DNA of 24,000 nt from an uncultured Clostridia bacterium (GTDB taxonomy: Bacteria > Bacillota > Clostridia > Christensenellales > UBA1242): NCBI GenBank assembly GCA_934747965.1, contig CAKVHI010000003.1, forward strand, positions 14,850 through 38,849, given 5' to 3'. The position numbers and the translations under genes were made by a program. The notes under the pieces were generated by a model. The model was not told where the DNA came from, did not search any database, and saw only the letters and a list, made by a program, of their open reading frames with translations. Below, piece by piece: positions 6,533 to 13,806 of this stretch. How positions within the stretch are numbered: position 1 is the first letter of the stretch; each line of letters opens with the position of its first letter.

Positions 6533-8296
6533 ATGGGAATTTTTAGATTAACCAAAGGCGAATTAAAGAAAGTATTTTTAAAACCGGGCATTTTTGTTGT
6601 AACTGCCCTTCTTGTTGTTGTTCTAACATTATCAGCACTTTTGTTTAAGCCAGCAACTCGTCAAAACAGTGGTTTGGTGAATTTAACAGGCTCTACTGTT
6701 GGACAAATGTATGACCGAAGTTATGGCTCTACAGACACAAAAAATACACTTTCAAAAGATTATATTTCTTCAAATCATATCATTCCGTCCACAAATATTA
6801 TTGATTTTTATTTGAATGAAATAAATAATAACACCAACTCTAAAAAACAAGAATTGTTAGATAAAATCAAAGAGATTAAAACATTTTTTGTTGATTATCA
6901 AAGAAATTCAACAATAAACAATCCTTCGAATGAAATTAAAAATTTGTTAAATGAGCAAAGGGCGGAATTAAAAACAAAAATTACTGAATTTCAAAGTTTG
7001 TATAACAAATATATCAATGGTTTAAATGGTTTTTATTATTTGCTTTTAGAATCAACTACAAAAAATGACATAGATGTTTATTTGTCAAAATGTTTAACTA
7101 CCCCATTTTCTGGCGAAATGCCTCATTCAGAAACGGTTAAAACAATTTATTATGACCTTGATATGTTTAACACTTTAACAAACTATGTTGAACAAATGAA
7201 AACTTTTTTACCCGAAAAACAAGCACTTGAAAATGCAAAAACTAACCTTGAAGATGCAAAAACTAAAATATCTGAAATTGAAACTGATATTCAAAACTTT
7301 AAATCTGAATATTCTTTAAGTGATAAACTTGAGCATAAACAACAATTCAGAACATTAATCACAAGATTTCAACAGGCCAATGAAAATGCCTATAACCTAA
7401 CATTGCACACTATCAACGCTTCTGCATTAAGTGATTTTAGCGATGATTATATTCAATCATTATATCAAAACTTTCAATTCAAAACTAAATATACCATAAA
7501 TGAGCAAAAAAACATTTGTAAATTTTATTTAGATAACAATAAATATGCCTTTGAATATGCAAGCCCATTAAGTTTAAACGCAACAAGCAACACAGAGCCT
7601 AATGTGTATGATTTTATGTTTTTTGCCATTGAATTTTGCAGTTTTATTGTTGTAATATATGTTGTATTTTTAGGTGCAACCATGATTGCTGGAGAATACT
7701 CAAATGGAACAATGAAATTGCTTGCAATAAGACCTTATTCAAGACGCAAAATCTTATTTAGCAAACTTCTTGCTACTATTTTGATTGGCTTAATTTTCTT
7801 GTTTATGTCATTTATTGTAACTTATATCATTGGTGCTATACTTTATTCTACTGCATCCCTTCCAATATTAGTTATCTTTAATGCTGGAAATTGCACAGCA
7901 GTTAGCCCTATTCTTATAATTTTATTACTATTCTTATGCAAAATGGTAGAATTAATTTTTTACGCAATATTTGCTCTTTCTATTTCAACATGGTTTAAAT
8001 CAAATGCTGGATGCATAGTTGTAAGTTTGCTTCTATACTTTATTTCATTTGTTTTAACAATGTTCACCCCAAGTTTGGGAATAATAAAATTCTTACCTTT
8101 TGTCAACACAAATTTATTTGGTTATTTTGGCTCTCATCTTATTTCAACAACATCAAGCAATATATTTGTAACTATGTTCAGCAAAGTTATTGCAAATGAT
8201 ATGAATTTCTTTATTAGCTTTTCAATAATAACTTTCTTCTCTGTTATAATTTATGTTGTTACAAGTGAAATTTTTGCAAAACGAGATATTAAATAA
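6533..8296 (+). CDS. ABC-2-type transporter permease with a large (~330 aa) extracytoplasmic coiled-coil-rich domain
   Basis: An N-terminal TM (GIFVVTALLVVVLTLSALLF) is followed by a soluble region of about 330 aa with helical repeats (..ENAKTNLEDAKTKISEIETDIQNFKSE..). Five C-terminal TM segments typical of ABC-2 membrane domains follow. The start is 18 nt after the ATPase stop, with an AAAGGAAA RBS. Confidence 0.8.
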   Translation: MGIFRLTKGELKKVFLKPGIFVVTALLVVVLTLSALLFKPATRQNSGLVNLTGSTVGQMYDRSYGSTDTKNTLSKDYISSNHIIPSTNIIDFYLNEINNNTNSKKQELLDKIKEIKTFFVDYQRNSTINNPSNEIKNLLNEQRAELKTKITEFQSLYNKYINGLNGFYYLLLESTTKNDIDVYLSKCLTTPFSGEMPHSETVKTIYYDLDMFNTLTNYVEQMKTFLPEKQALENAKTNLEDAKTKISEIETDIQNFKSEYSLSDKLEHKQQFRTLITRFQQANENAYNLTLHTINASALSDFSDDYIQSLYQNFQFKTKYTINEQKNICKFYLDNNKYAFEYASPLSLNATSNTEPNVYDFMFFAIEFCSFIVVIYVVFLGATMIAGEYSNGTMKLLAIRPYSRRKILFSKLLATILIGLIFLFMSFIVTYIIGAILYSTASLPILVIFNAGNCTAVSPILIILLLFLCKMVELIFYAIFALSISTWFKSNAGCIVVSLLLYFISFVLTMFTPSLGIIKFLPFVNTNLFGYFGSHLISTTSSNIFVTMFSKVIANDMNFFISFSIITFFSVIIYVVTSEIFAKRDIK

Positions 8297-8302
8297 CATT
8301 AC

Positions 8303-8334
8303 AAAAAAGTGAAACTAAATGTTTCACTTTTTTA
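8303..8334. terminator. bidirectional rho-independent terminator (ABC permease / trpS convergent pair)
   Basis: The sequence is AAAAAAGTGAAAC-taaat-GTTTCACTTTTTT. The stem is flanked by an A-run and a T-run, so it reads as hairpin plus U-tract on both strands. Confidence 0.7.
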
Positions 8335-8358
8335 TACTTAATTTTATTTGATTTTTTA

Positions 8359-9360
8359 TTATTTACACAATTTAACGCCAATCGCATCTTTAACCTTTTC
8401 TAAGGTTTCCTTTGCAACTTTTCTGGCTTTTTCTGCCCCGATTTTAAATATTTCGTCAACTAATTGTCTGTTGGCTTGATAGTAGTCATATTTTTCTCTC
8501 ATAGGAGTTAAAACTTTGTTCATAGCATTAAATAATTCTTTTTTTGCATCCCCCCAACTCATGCCACCTAAAAGTTTGTTGCAATATTCTTCATAACCTT
8601 TTTCATTTGAAAACAATTTAAAAAGTTTGCACAAAGTGTTGTCTGTGTCTTTAGGTTCGCCCGGAAGCCTTGAATCAGTAACAATTTTGTTTACGGTCTT
8701 TTGAAGTTGCTTTTCACTGCAAAACAATTCAATGGTATTTTTATAACTTTTGCTCATTTTTCTGCCGTCTAACCCAACAATTTGACAAGTTTCATCTTCT
8801 ACAACACTTTCAGGAAGAGTAAAGACTTTGCCGTATCTGTTGTTAAAACTGTTAGCTATATCTCGAGCAATCTCAACATGTTGAGTTTGGTCTATTCCAA
8901 CAGGAATTTTCTTTGCGTTAAATAGCAAAATATCAGCTGCCATAAGGATAGGATAATTATACAAGCCCATATTAACACCAATATCTTTATCTTGACCTTC
9001 AGCTTCATTTTTTTCAACAATAGCCTTGTATGCGTGAGCCCTATTCATTAAACCTTTGCTTGTTAAGTTGCACAAAATCCAAAAAAGTTCACAATCTTCA
9101 CTTACATCACTTTGCTTAAAAAAAACAACTTTATTTGGGTCTATTCCACAAGCAAGCCATGTGCAAGCAATGTTATATGTGTTTTCAATCATTTCTTGTT
9201 TGGTTTTTACTGTGGTCAAAGCATGATAATCAGCAATAAAGTAATAACATTCAAAATCATTACTGCTATTTGCAAAATCAACTGCCTGTTTAATTGCACC
9301 AAAATAATTACCAATATGAGCAATACCTGTTGGTTTTATGCCTGTCAAAACTCTCTCCAT
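8359..9360 (-). CDS. trpS: tryptophanyl-tRNA synthetase
   Basis: 333 aa. It has the class I HIGH-type motif (TGIAHIGNYFG) and the KMSKS motif (GRKMSKS). A GGGGAG RBS lies upstream of the ATG. Confidence 0.95.
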   Translation of the reverse strand: MERVLTGIKPTGIAHIGNYFGAIKQAVDFANSSNDFECYYFIADYHALTTVKTKQEMIENTYNIACTWLACGIDPNKVVFFKQSDVSEDCELFWILCNLTSKGLMNRAHAYKAIVEKNEAEGQDKDIGVNMGLYNYPILMAADILLFNAKKIPVGIDQTQHVEIARDIANSFNNRYGKVFTLPESVVEDETCQIVGLDGRKMSKSYKNTIELFCSEKQLQKTVNKIVTDSRLPGEPKDTDNTLCKLFKLFSNEKGYEEYCNKLLGGMSWGDAKKELFNAMNKVLTPMREKYDYYQANRQLVDEIFKIGAEKARKVAKETLEKVKDAIGVKLCK

Positions 9361-9377
9361 AATTTCTCCCCATAATT

Positions 9378-9416
9378 AAAAGCAAAACTAGGCTTTCAAA
9401 ATTTAGATTTGCTTTT
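9378..9416 (-). other. AU-rich hairpin in the trpS leader (terminator-like on both strands)
   Basis: Arms AAAAGCAAA/TTTGCTTTT plus an inner CTA/TAG pair. On the minus strand it is followed by UUUUAAUUAU and then the GGGGAG RBS. Its function is uncertain. Confidence 0.3.
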
Positions 9417-9444
9417 TTATTAACAATATATAACTATAAATACA

Positions 9445-9473
9445 ATTATAATTTTATTACACTTTTTTGTCAA
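9445..9473 (-). promoter_or_regulatory. sigma-A-type promoter for trpS
   Basis: The minus strand reads TTGACA (9473-9468), a 17-nt spacer and TATAAT (9450-9445). This predicts a leader of about 80 nt. Confidence 0.6.
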
Positions 9474-9493
9474 AGAAAAGTTGTTATAATTTT

Positions 9494-9530
9494 AAAAAGC
9501 ATACTTTAAAATATTTTAAAATATGCTTTT
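9494..9530 (-). terminator. rho-independent terminator of argR
   Basis: The minus strand reads AAAAGCATATTTTAAAATATTTTAAAGTATGCTTTTT, an extended AU-rich hairpin closed by GCATA/TATGC and followed by a U-tract. It starts about 20 nt after the argR stop. Confidence 0.6.
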
Positions 9531-9551
9531 CACTTTATCTGGAATATTAAA

Positions 9552-10001
9552 TTATATAATATTAATCAATTTTTCATAAACACTTTCAGCATCCATATTT
9601 GTTTCTGTGATGCACATAACAGTGTCATCGCCATAAACAGTACCCATAAGATTTTCTATATTCATTTTGTCTATGTAACTTGAAATTCCGCCAGCAAAGC
9701 CTTTAAGAGTTTTTACAACCACAAGGTTTTGAGCAGTTTTTACAGATATAACAACTTCTTTATATATACCCACAACTTTGTTAGAGATTTGTTGCTTTTC
9801 AGTTTCTACATAAGCATATTTATATTTTTTGCTGTCAGACATAATCTTGATTAAACCAAGTTCTTTTATATCTCTTGAAACTGTTGCCTGAGTTACATCA
9901 TAATTTAATGCACGCAAAGCATTCACAAGTTCATCTTGCGTTTCTATTTCATTTTTTGCAATAATTTCTAAAATCTTACTTTGCCTTAAAGACCTAGCCA
10001 T
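9552..10001 (-). CDS. argR: arginine repressor ArgR/AhrC
   Basis: MARSLRQSKILEIIAKNEIETQDELVNALRALNYDVTQATVSRDIKELGL is a typical ArgR N-terminal wHTH. The C-terminal oligomerisation/arginine-binding domain carries GTVYGDDTV. I chose the ATG at 10001 because AAAGGAGA lies 7 nt upstream. The ORF-track start at 10049 adds 16 aa with no RBS. Confidence 0.9.
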   Translation of the reverse strand: MARSLRQSKILEIIAKNEIETQDELVNALRALNYDVTQATVSRDIKELGLIKIMSDSKKYKYAYVETEKQQISNKVVGIYKEVVISVKTAQNLVVVKTLKGFAGGISSYIDKMNIENLMGTVYGDDTVMCITETNMDAESVYEKLINII

Positions 10002-10040
10002 AAATTTCTCCTTTGCAAGTATTGAATAATTATGTAAATT

Positions 10041-10069
10041 ATTATACAACGCTTTTTATTTTTATGCAA
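10041..10069 (-). promoter_or_regulatory. sigma-A-type promoter for argR
   Basis: The minus strand reads TTGCAT (10069-10064), a 17-nt spacer and TATAAT (10046-10041). Confidence 0.6.
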
Positions 10070-10074
10070 GTGTT

Positions 10075-10092
10075 TTTGAATATTTATGCAAA
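10075..10092. promoter_or_regulatory. ARG-box-like site 1
   Basis: ttTGAATATTTATGCAaa matches the ARG box pattern TGAAT-WWWW-AT(T/G)CA. It lies immediately upstream of the argR -35 box. Confidence 0.5.
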
Positions 10093-10129
10093 AAATTTTT
10101 TATATTTATTCAAAAAATTGAATATTGGT

Positions 10130-10147
10130 TGTGAATATTTATACAAA
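10130..10147. promoter_or_regulatory. ARG-box-like site 2
   Basis: tgTGAATATTTATACAaa is identical to site 1 at 15 of the 16 core positions. It is offset by 55 bp, about five helical turns. Confidence 0.5.
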
Positions 10148-10295
10148 CACAACATATTGTGTTGTAAAAAGAGTGCATAATACTACATATTGTGATTAAA
10201 ATTTTAAATAAAAAAGAGAATTTTTAAACAAATCCCCTTACATTTATAAATTTATGAATTTTTTTGAAAATTTAAGAACAAAACTTAAGCCAAAA

Positions 10296-10913
10296 TTACT
10301 TTGTTTCACCATTATTTTCTTTTTTGTCTTTGTCTTTCTTTTTAGATTTATCAGATTTTTTTATTTTAAAGAAACTTAAAAATTTTCCTACCCTTAAAAT
10401 TATTTGGTCAGAATTGTTTACCGCTACCCCCTTAAAAATTGCCTTTCCAAAAACGGTTAGCGAGGTAACAACACTGCTGACAAGCGCAGGAATTAATATT
10501 GCCAAAAATCCACTTTCACCTGAATAAATAAAAACTGCCAAACTAGCACCAACAGCACCCGATAATATTCCACAACTATCGCCAACTATATCGCAACAAA
10601 AACTCGAGATTTTTTCTGCATTTTTTATTAATTTTATACTTTCCTTTGCACCATTTTCTTTTTTTGAAGCCCTTGCCAAAAATGGCTCAATGTTTCCAGC
10701 GGTAACTGCAACACCTATCATATCAAACAAAATTGATATCCCGACAAAAACAATCAAAATTAAAATAGAAATAATAAGTCCAACACCAGAAAGCACTGCC
10801 TCACTTGAAATGTTAAGCACCAAACTTAATGAAAGTGTTATCAGCAACACCCTAATTGGATAAGCCCATGCAATTTTGGTTTTTTTCGGCTTAGATTCTT
10901 TTTCTTCTTTCAT
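10296..10913 (-). CDS. small polytopic membrane protein; candidate OLE-associated protein A (OapA-like)
   Basis: 205 aa with an ATG start and a GAAAGGAA RBS. It has about four hydrophobic segments, a charged loop (ARASKKENGAKESIKLIKNAEK) and a K/D-rich tail. It lies directly downstream, on the same strand, of the large structured-RNA candidate. The CDS call is solid. The OapA assignment rests on position and topology only. Confidence 0.6.
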   Translation of the reverse strand: MKEEKESKPKKTKIAWAYPIRVLLITLSLSLVLNISSEAVLSGVGLIISILILIVFVGISILFDMIGVAVTAGNIEPFLARASKKENGAKESIKLIKNAEKISSFCCDIVGDSCGILSGAVGASLAVFIYSGESGFLAILIPALVSSVVTSLTVFGKAIFKGVAVNNSDQIILRVGKFLSFFKIKKSDKSKKKDKDKKENNGETK

Positions 10914-10959
10914 TTCCTTTCGACCTTTTTATTTTAGATAAATTATTAATATAAAAAAA

Positions 10960-11482
10960 ATTAGAGAAAATCTTTTGAGTAAACCTTGCAACTTAGGTTC
11001 GGTTGGATTTCCCCACTAAACACACACCGTCGCCGAATGTGTCATTTCTGCTTTGGTTTAGCGCCATAAGGTACCGAATTGCCACTTAGATTACACTATA
11101 ATCCCCAAAAGATATTCTGCCTAGAAGATTTCCTTAACACAAAAATTGTTTAACTAGTCTATTTTGCAAACAATGTTTCAAACATTATGTATTATCCGCA
11201 ATTATTCACTCAAAACAGGCTACTCTGTACATAGCTTTTTGTTCGCCACATAGCAGGTTTAATCCCGATTAGTAGTTAATTTGTCATTATCCACCTTTCA
11301 GGTCTCCACGATAATTGGGTCGGGTATTATATGCCGTTATAATGCGCCCAAAAATCTTAACTTCCAGCATCTGCCCCAGTTTGGGCAACCAAAGCAAACA
11401 CCAGAAACTTCATCGATATGCCCTTCAACGCTATTAATCGTTTTCATTAAAGTTTTTGCGACTAGGATACAGTTTCTCTAAC
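10960..11482 (-). ncRNA. large structured non-coding RNA, candidate OLE (ornate large extremophilic) RNA
   Basis: The xseB-to-membrane-protein gap is 616 bp with no sense-strand ORF. My hand count gives about 39% G+C over 10981-11460, versus about 8-13% in the two spacer lines I counted (2341-2460). A dedicated promoter sits at 11489-11517. There are many local hairpins (for example GCCCAAA..TTTGGGC on the transcribed strand). A 10-nt long-range complement links 11049-11058 with 11387-11396. The synteny matches the published OLE context. Both ends are approximate. Confidence 0.6.
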
Positions 11483-11488
11483 AACATA

Positions 11489-11517
11489 ATTATATCATAT
11501 ACAATATTTTTATGCAA
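11489..11517 (-). promoter_or_regulatory. sigma-A-type promoter in front of the large RNA
   Basis: The minus strand reads TTGCAT (11517-11512), a 17-nt spacer and TATAAT (11494-11489). It lies 13 nt downstream of the xseB stop. Confidence 0.55.
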
Positions 11518-11529
11518 GAGGTTTCTAAA

Positions 11530-11736
11530 TTATTTGTTTTCATCAAAATTAATTTGATTTAGATCCTCAGTTATTTCAATAATCTTACCATCGCATTTTT
11601 TAATAGATTCATAACAATCTTTTATAATCTTTCCAGCCTCTTCATACTTTTCAACGCTTCGTTCTAAGCCTGTGCTTGAATTTTCAATTTCATTAAGAAT
11701 TTTTTCTAATCTCTCCAAATTTTCTTCAATCGTCAT
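11530..11736 (-). CDS. xseB: exodeoxyribonuclease VII small subunit
   Basis: 68 aa. MTIEENLERLEKILNEIENSSTGLERSVEKYEEAGKIIKDCYESIKK is the typical XseB helical hairpin. The ATG at 11736 is preceded by GGAGG and overlaps the xseA 3' end by 11 nt. The ORF-track extension to 11799 lies inside xseA and is rejected. Confidence 0.9.
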   Translation of the reverse strand: MTIEENLERLEKILNEIENSSTGLERSVEKYEEAGKIIKDCYESIKKCDGKIIEITEDLNQINFDENK

Positions 11737-12904
11737 CTTGTTTAACCTCCAAAATTTTTGCACAAAAACTTCCGCCATTAAGATAAATTTTAATCTCATC
11801 CCCAGCCAAAACTTTGCCTATATTTTCAACTCTTTCCCCGTCTTTTTCAACCACAGCAAAGCCTAAGTCTTTATACAACAAAGGATTTAACATTTCTTGC
11901 CTTCTTGCATAATCTTTTATAAAATTTTTAAGTGCTTCTTCTTTTTTTTGCAAACAAATTTTAAAATTATTCTTTAAACTTTCAAGTTTAACAACGTCAT
12001 TATTTCTTTTAACAATCAAACTTCTGTTATCTTTTATTTTAAATTTTAAGCAGTTTAAGCAATTATCTTTTTTTGCCATGACCGCTTTATAAATTTGACT
12101 GTAGTAAAAATTCAACAAAGACTCATAATTTTTGCTTTCTTTAACCGCAATTTCCGCCGCAACAGAAGGCGTTGACGCCCTAACATCTGCAACCAAATCA
12201 ATCAACGTATAGTCAGTTTCATGCCCTACAGCCGAAATAATTGGCTTTTCACACTCAAAACAAGCCTTGGCAACAGTTTCGCTGTTAAAAACATTCAAAT
12301 CTTCACTGCTTCCCCCGCCACGAGCAACAATAATAACATCAACTTCTTCAAAATTCGCGAAAAAATTTATACCTTTACAAATTTCTTTTTCAGCATTTTC
12401 CCCTTGCACTTTTGAAGGAAAAACATAAATATTTACATTAGGATTTCGCCTTTTTGAAACCGAGATAATATCCCTTATCACAGCACCCTTATTTGAAGTT
12501 ACAACACCAATGCTTTTAACAATTTTGGGAAGTTCTTTTTTATTCAAAAAATAGCCTTCACTAGCTAGTTTTTCCTTTAACTCACAAAATCGTTTGTAAA
12601 TATCCCCGTTTCCAAAACTTAATATATAAGTTACATTAAAATTAAGTTTTCCACCTTTAACATAATAATTTGGCTTTCCTACAACTTTAACCTTTTCGCC
12701 AATTTTATAATCTTTGTCAGGGCTAAACCACACACAATTTAAACTTGCGAATTCATCTTTAATAACAAAATATGCAACATTACCAGTAATCTTAAAACTT
12801 GAAATTTCTCCAACAACAGCACAGTTATAAAGCATTTCTTCACAATCTAAAATGTTTTTTATAATGTTGTTAAATTCGACCACACTTAAATTATTAAACT
12901 GCAT
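11726..12904 (-). CDS. xseA: exodeoxyribonuclease VII large subunit
   Basis: 392 aa. It has an N-terminal OB-fold (GEISSFKITGNVAYFVIKDEFASLNCVWF) and a catalytic core (GVVTSNKGAVIRDI.., IIVARGGGSSEDL, PIISAVGHETDYTLIDLVADVRASTPS). Confidence 0.95.
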   Translation of the reverse strand: MQFNNLSVVEFNNIIKNILDCEEMLYNCAVVGEISSFKITGNVAYFVIKDEFASLNCVWFSPDKDYKIGEKVKVVGKPNYYVKGGKLNFNVTYILSFGNGDIYKRFCELKEKLASEGYFLNKKELPKIVKSIGVVTSNKGAVIRDIISVSKRRNPNVNIYVFPSKVQGENAEKEICKGINFFANFEEVDVIIVARGGGSSEDLNVFNSETVAKACFECEKPIISAVGHETDYTLIDLVADVRASTPSVAAEIAVKESKNYESLLNFYYSQIYKAVMAKKDNCLNCLKFKIKDNRSLIVKRNNDVVKLESLKNNFKICLQKKEEALKNFIKDYARRQEMLNPLLYKDLGFAVVEKDGERVENIGKVLAGDEIKIYLNGGSFCAKILEVKQDDD

Positions 12905-13286
12905 CTATCACCTTTGCAAGCAAGCCATTCACAAATTTGTAACTATTATCTAAAGAGTACTTTTTGCTTAAATCAACTGCCTCATTAACAACAATTTTTA
13001 CAGGCTCAGACAGAAATTTTAGTTGATATATTGCCGTTATCAAAATAGCCAAGTCTGTTTTGCAAATCCTGTCCAATTTATAATTAACCAAATTTTTTTC
13101 AACAATTTCAACAATTTCATCATAATGAAGTTTAATACCTTCAAAATTTTGGTTTATATATTCTTTATCTTCTTCGCTTAGATTTTTGTCTTCTAAAAAT
13201 TCATCTTCATCAAAATCACAATTCTTTTCAAAATTATAAGAAAAAACCATTTGCATAAGATTTTCTCTTGCCGAAATTCTACTCAT
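12894..13286 (-). CDS. nusB: transcription antitermination factor NusB
   Basis: 130 aa. Family features include SRISARENLMQMVF at the N-terminus and INEAV-like NEAVDLSKKY...KFVNGLLAKV at the C-terminus. It overlaps xseA by 11 nt. Confidence 0.9.
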   Translation of the reverse strand: MSRISARENLMQMVFSYNFEKNCDFDEDEFLEDKNLSEEDKEYINQNFEGIKLHYDEIVEIVEKNLVNYKLDRICKTDLAILITAIYQLKFLSEPVKIVVNEAVDLSKKYSLDNSYKFVNGLLAKVIDAV

Positions 13287-13656
13287 TTGCTTCTACCCCA
13301 AATTCAACGCCCATAACATGAACATTTATACTGTTAACTTTAATATCAATCATAGATGAAATGCCGTTTTTAACATTTTCTTGCACTCTATGTGCAACAT
13401 CAGAAACGCTATAGCCATAATAAATGTTAAGATAGATGTCAACAGTTATACCATTATTTTCATACGCAACTTTAACACCATCGCTAACATTGCTTGAAAA
13501 AATCCTTTTCAACCCACTATAAAAATTACTACACAAACCTTGAACACCCGAAATTTCTTTCGCAGCCAAACTTATTATAGAAAGCAAAACCTCTTTATTG
13601 CAATTAACCTTACCTTTATTTTTGTTGCCAGAATCTTCGCCAATTTGATAATTCAT
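13279..13656 (-). CDS. Asp23/Gls24-family envelope stress protein (YqhY-like)
   Basis: 125 aa. The pattern VLLSIISLAAKEISGVQGL...GVKV...ITVDIYLNIYYGYSVSDVAHRVQENVKNGISSMIDIKVNSINVHVMGV is typical of the Asp23 family (DUF322). An AAGGGGAAG RBS is present. The position upstream of nusB matches B. subtilis yqhY. Confidence 0.85.
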   Translation of the reverse strand: MNYQIGEDSGNKNKGKVNCNKEVLLSIISLAAKEISGVQGLCSNFYSGLKRIFSSNVSDGVKVAYENNGITVDIYLNIYYGYSVSDVAHRVQENVKNGISSMIDIKVNSINVHVMGVEFGVEANE

Positions 13657-13692
13657 AACTTCCCCTTAATTAGTATAAATTAAATATAATAA

Positions 13693-13722
13693 ATTATAAT
13701 AGAAAAATTACGCTTTTGTCAA
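13693..13722 (-). promoter_or_regulatory. sigma-A-type promoter for asp23-nusB-xseAB
   Basis: The minus strand reads TTGACA (13722-13717), an 18-nt spacer and TATAAT (13698-13693). Confidence 0.55.
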
Positions 13723-13806
13723 TCTAATTTTTAAATTAATTTTTTTGTTTAAAAAAACTTTAAACAAACTTCTAATCTGCTTAAAGTTTTAAAATCATTT
13801 TTGTTT

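Noticed and set aside
1312-8296. The whole serS-trpS interval as a mobile element, prophage remnant or defence island
   Set aside because: I could not recognise an integrase, transposase, recombinase, terminal inverted or direct repeats, tRNA attachment site or known defence genes. It looks accessory by content but not demonstrably mobile.
9361-9551. T-box riboswitch upstream of trpS
   Set aside because: The interval holds the argR terminator and a consensus promoter, leaving a leader of only about 80 nt. No T-box sequence or specifier/antiterminator architecture is visible.
10002-10049. N-terminal extensions proposed by the ORF track (argR to 10049, xseB to 11799, spoIIIAH to 14307, spoIIIAE to 16616, spoIIIAA to 18697, nfo-like to 20255)
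   Set aside because: Each extension lacks an RBS, runs into the upstream gene or uses TTG/GTG. In each case a downstream ATG has a strong Shine-Dalgarno sequence and matches the family N-terminus. The spoIIIAD start (16942 versus 17002 or 17011) remains genuinely ambiguous.
11281-11481. 66-aa plus-strand ORF inside the xseB/membrane-protein gap
   Set aside because: It has no RBS and lies opposite to every flanking gene. Its product (MSLSTFQVSTIIGSGIICRYNAPKNL..) has no recognisable features. The open frame is better explained by the elevated G+C of a structured RNA encoded on the other strand.
10914-11529. Alternative identities for the structured region: RNase P RNA, tmRNA, T-box, a riboswitch leader or a group II intron
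   Set aside because: I see no GAGGAAAGTCC-type RNase P core. There is no tRNA-like 3' end or tag reading frame as in tmRNA, no T-box consensus, and no group II 5' GTGCG or domain V-like hairpin. The element is far longer than common riboswitches. A covariance-model scan is still needed.
13740-13800. AT-only hairpins (GTTTAAA/TTTAAAC, AAACTT/AAGTTT) after spoIIIAH as its terminator
   Set aside because: The stems are short and purely A/T, and on the transcribed strand an A-run follows rather than a U-tract. This is not convincing enough to annotate.
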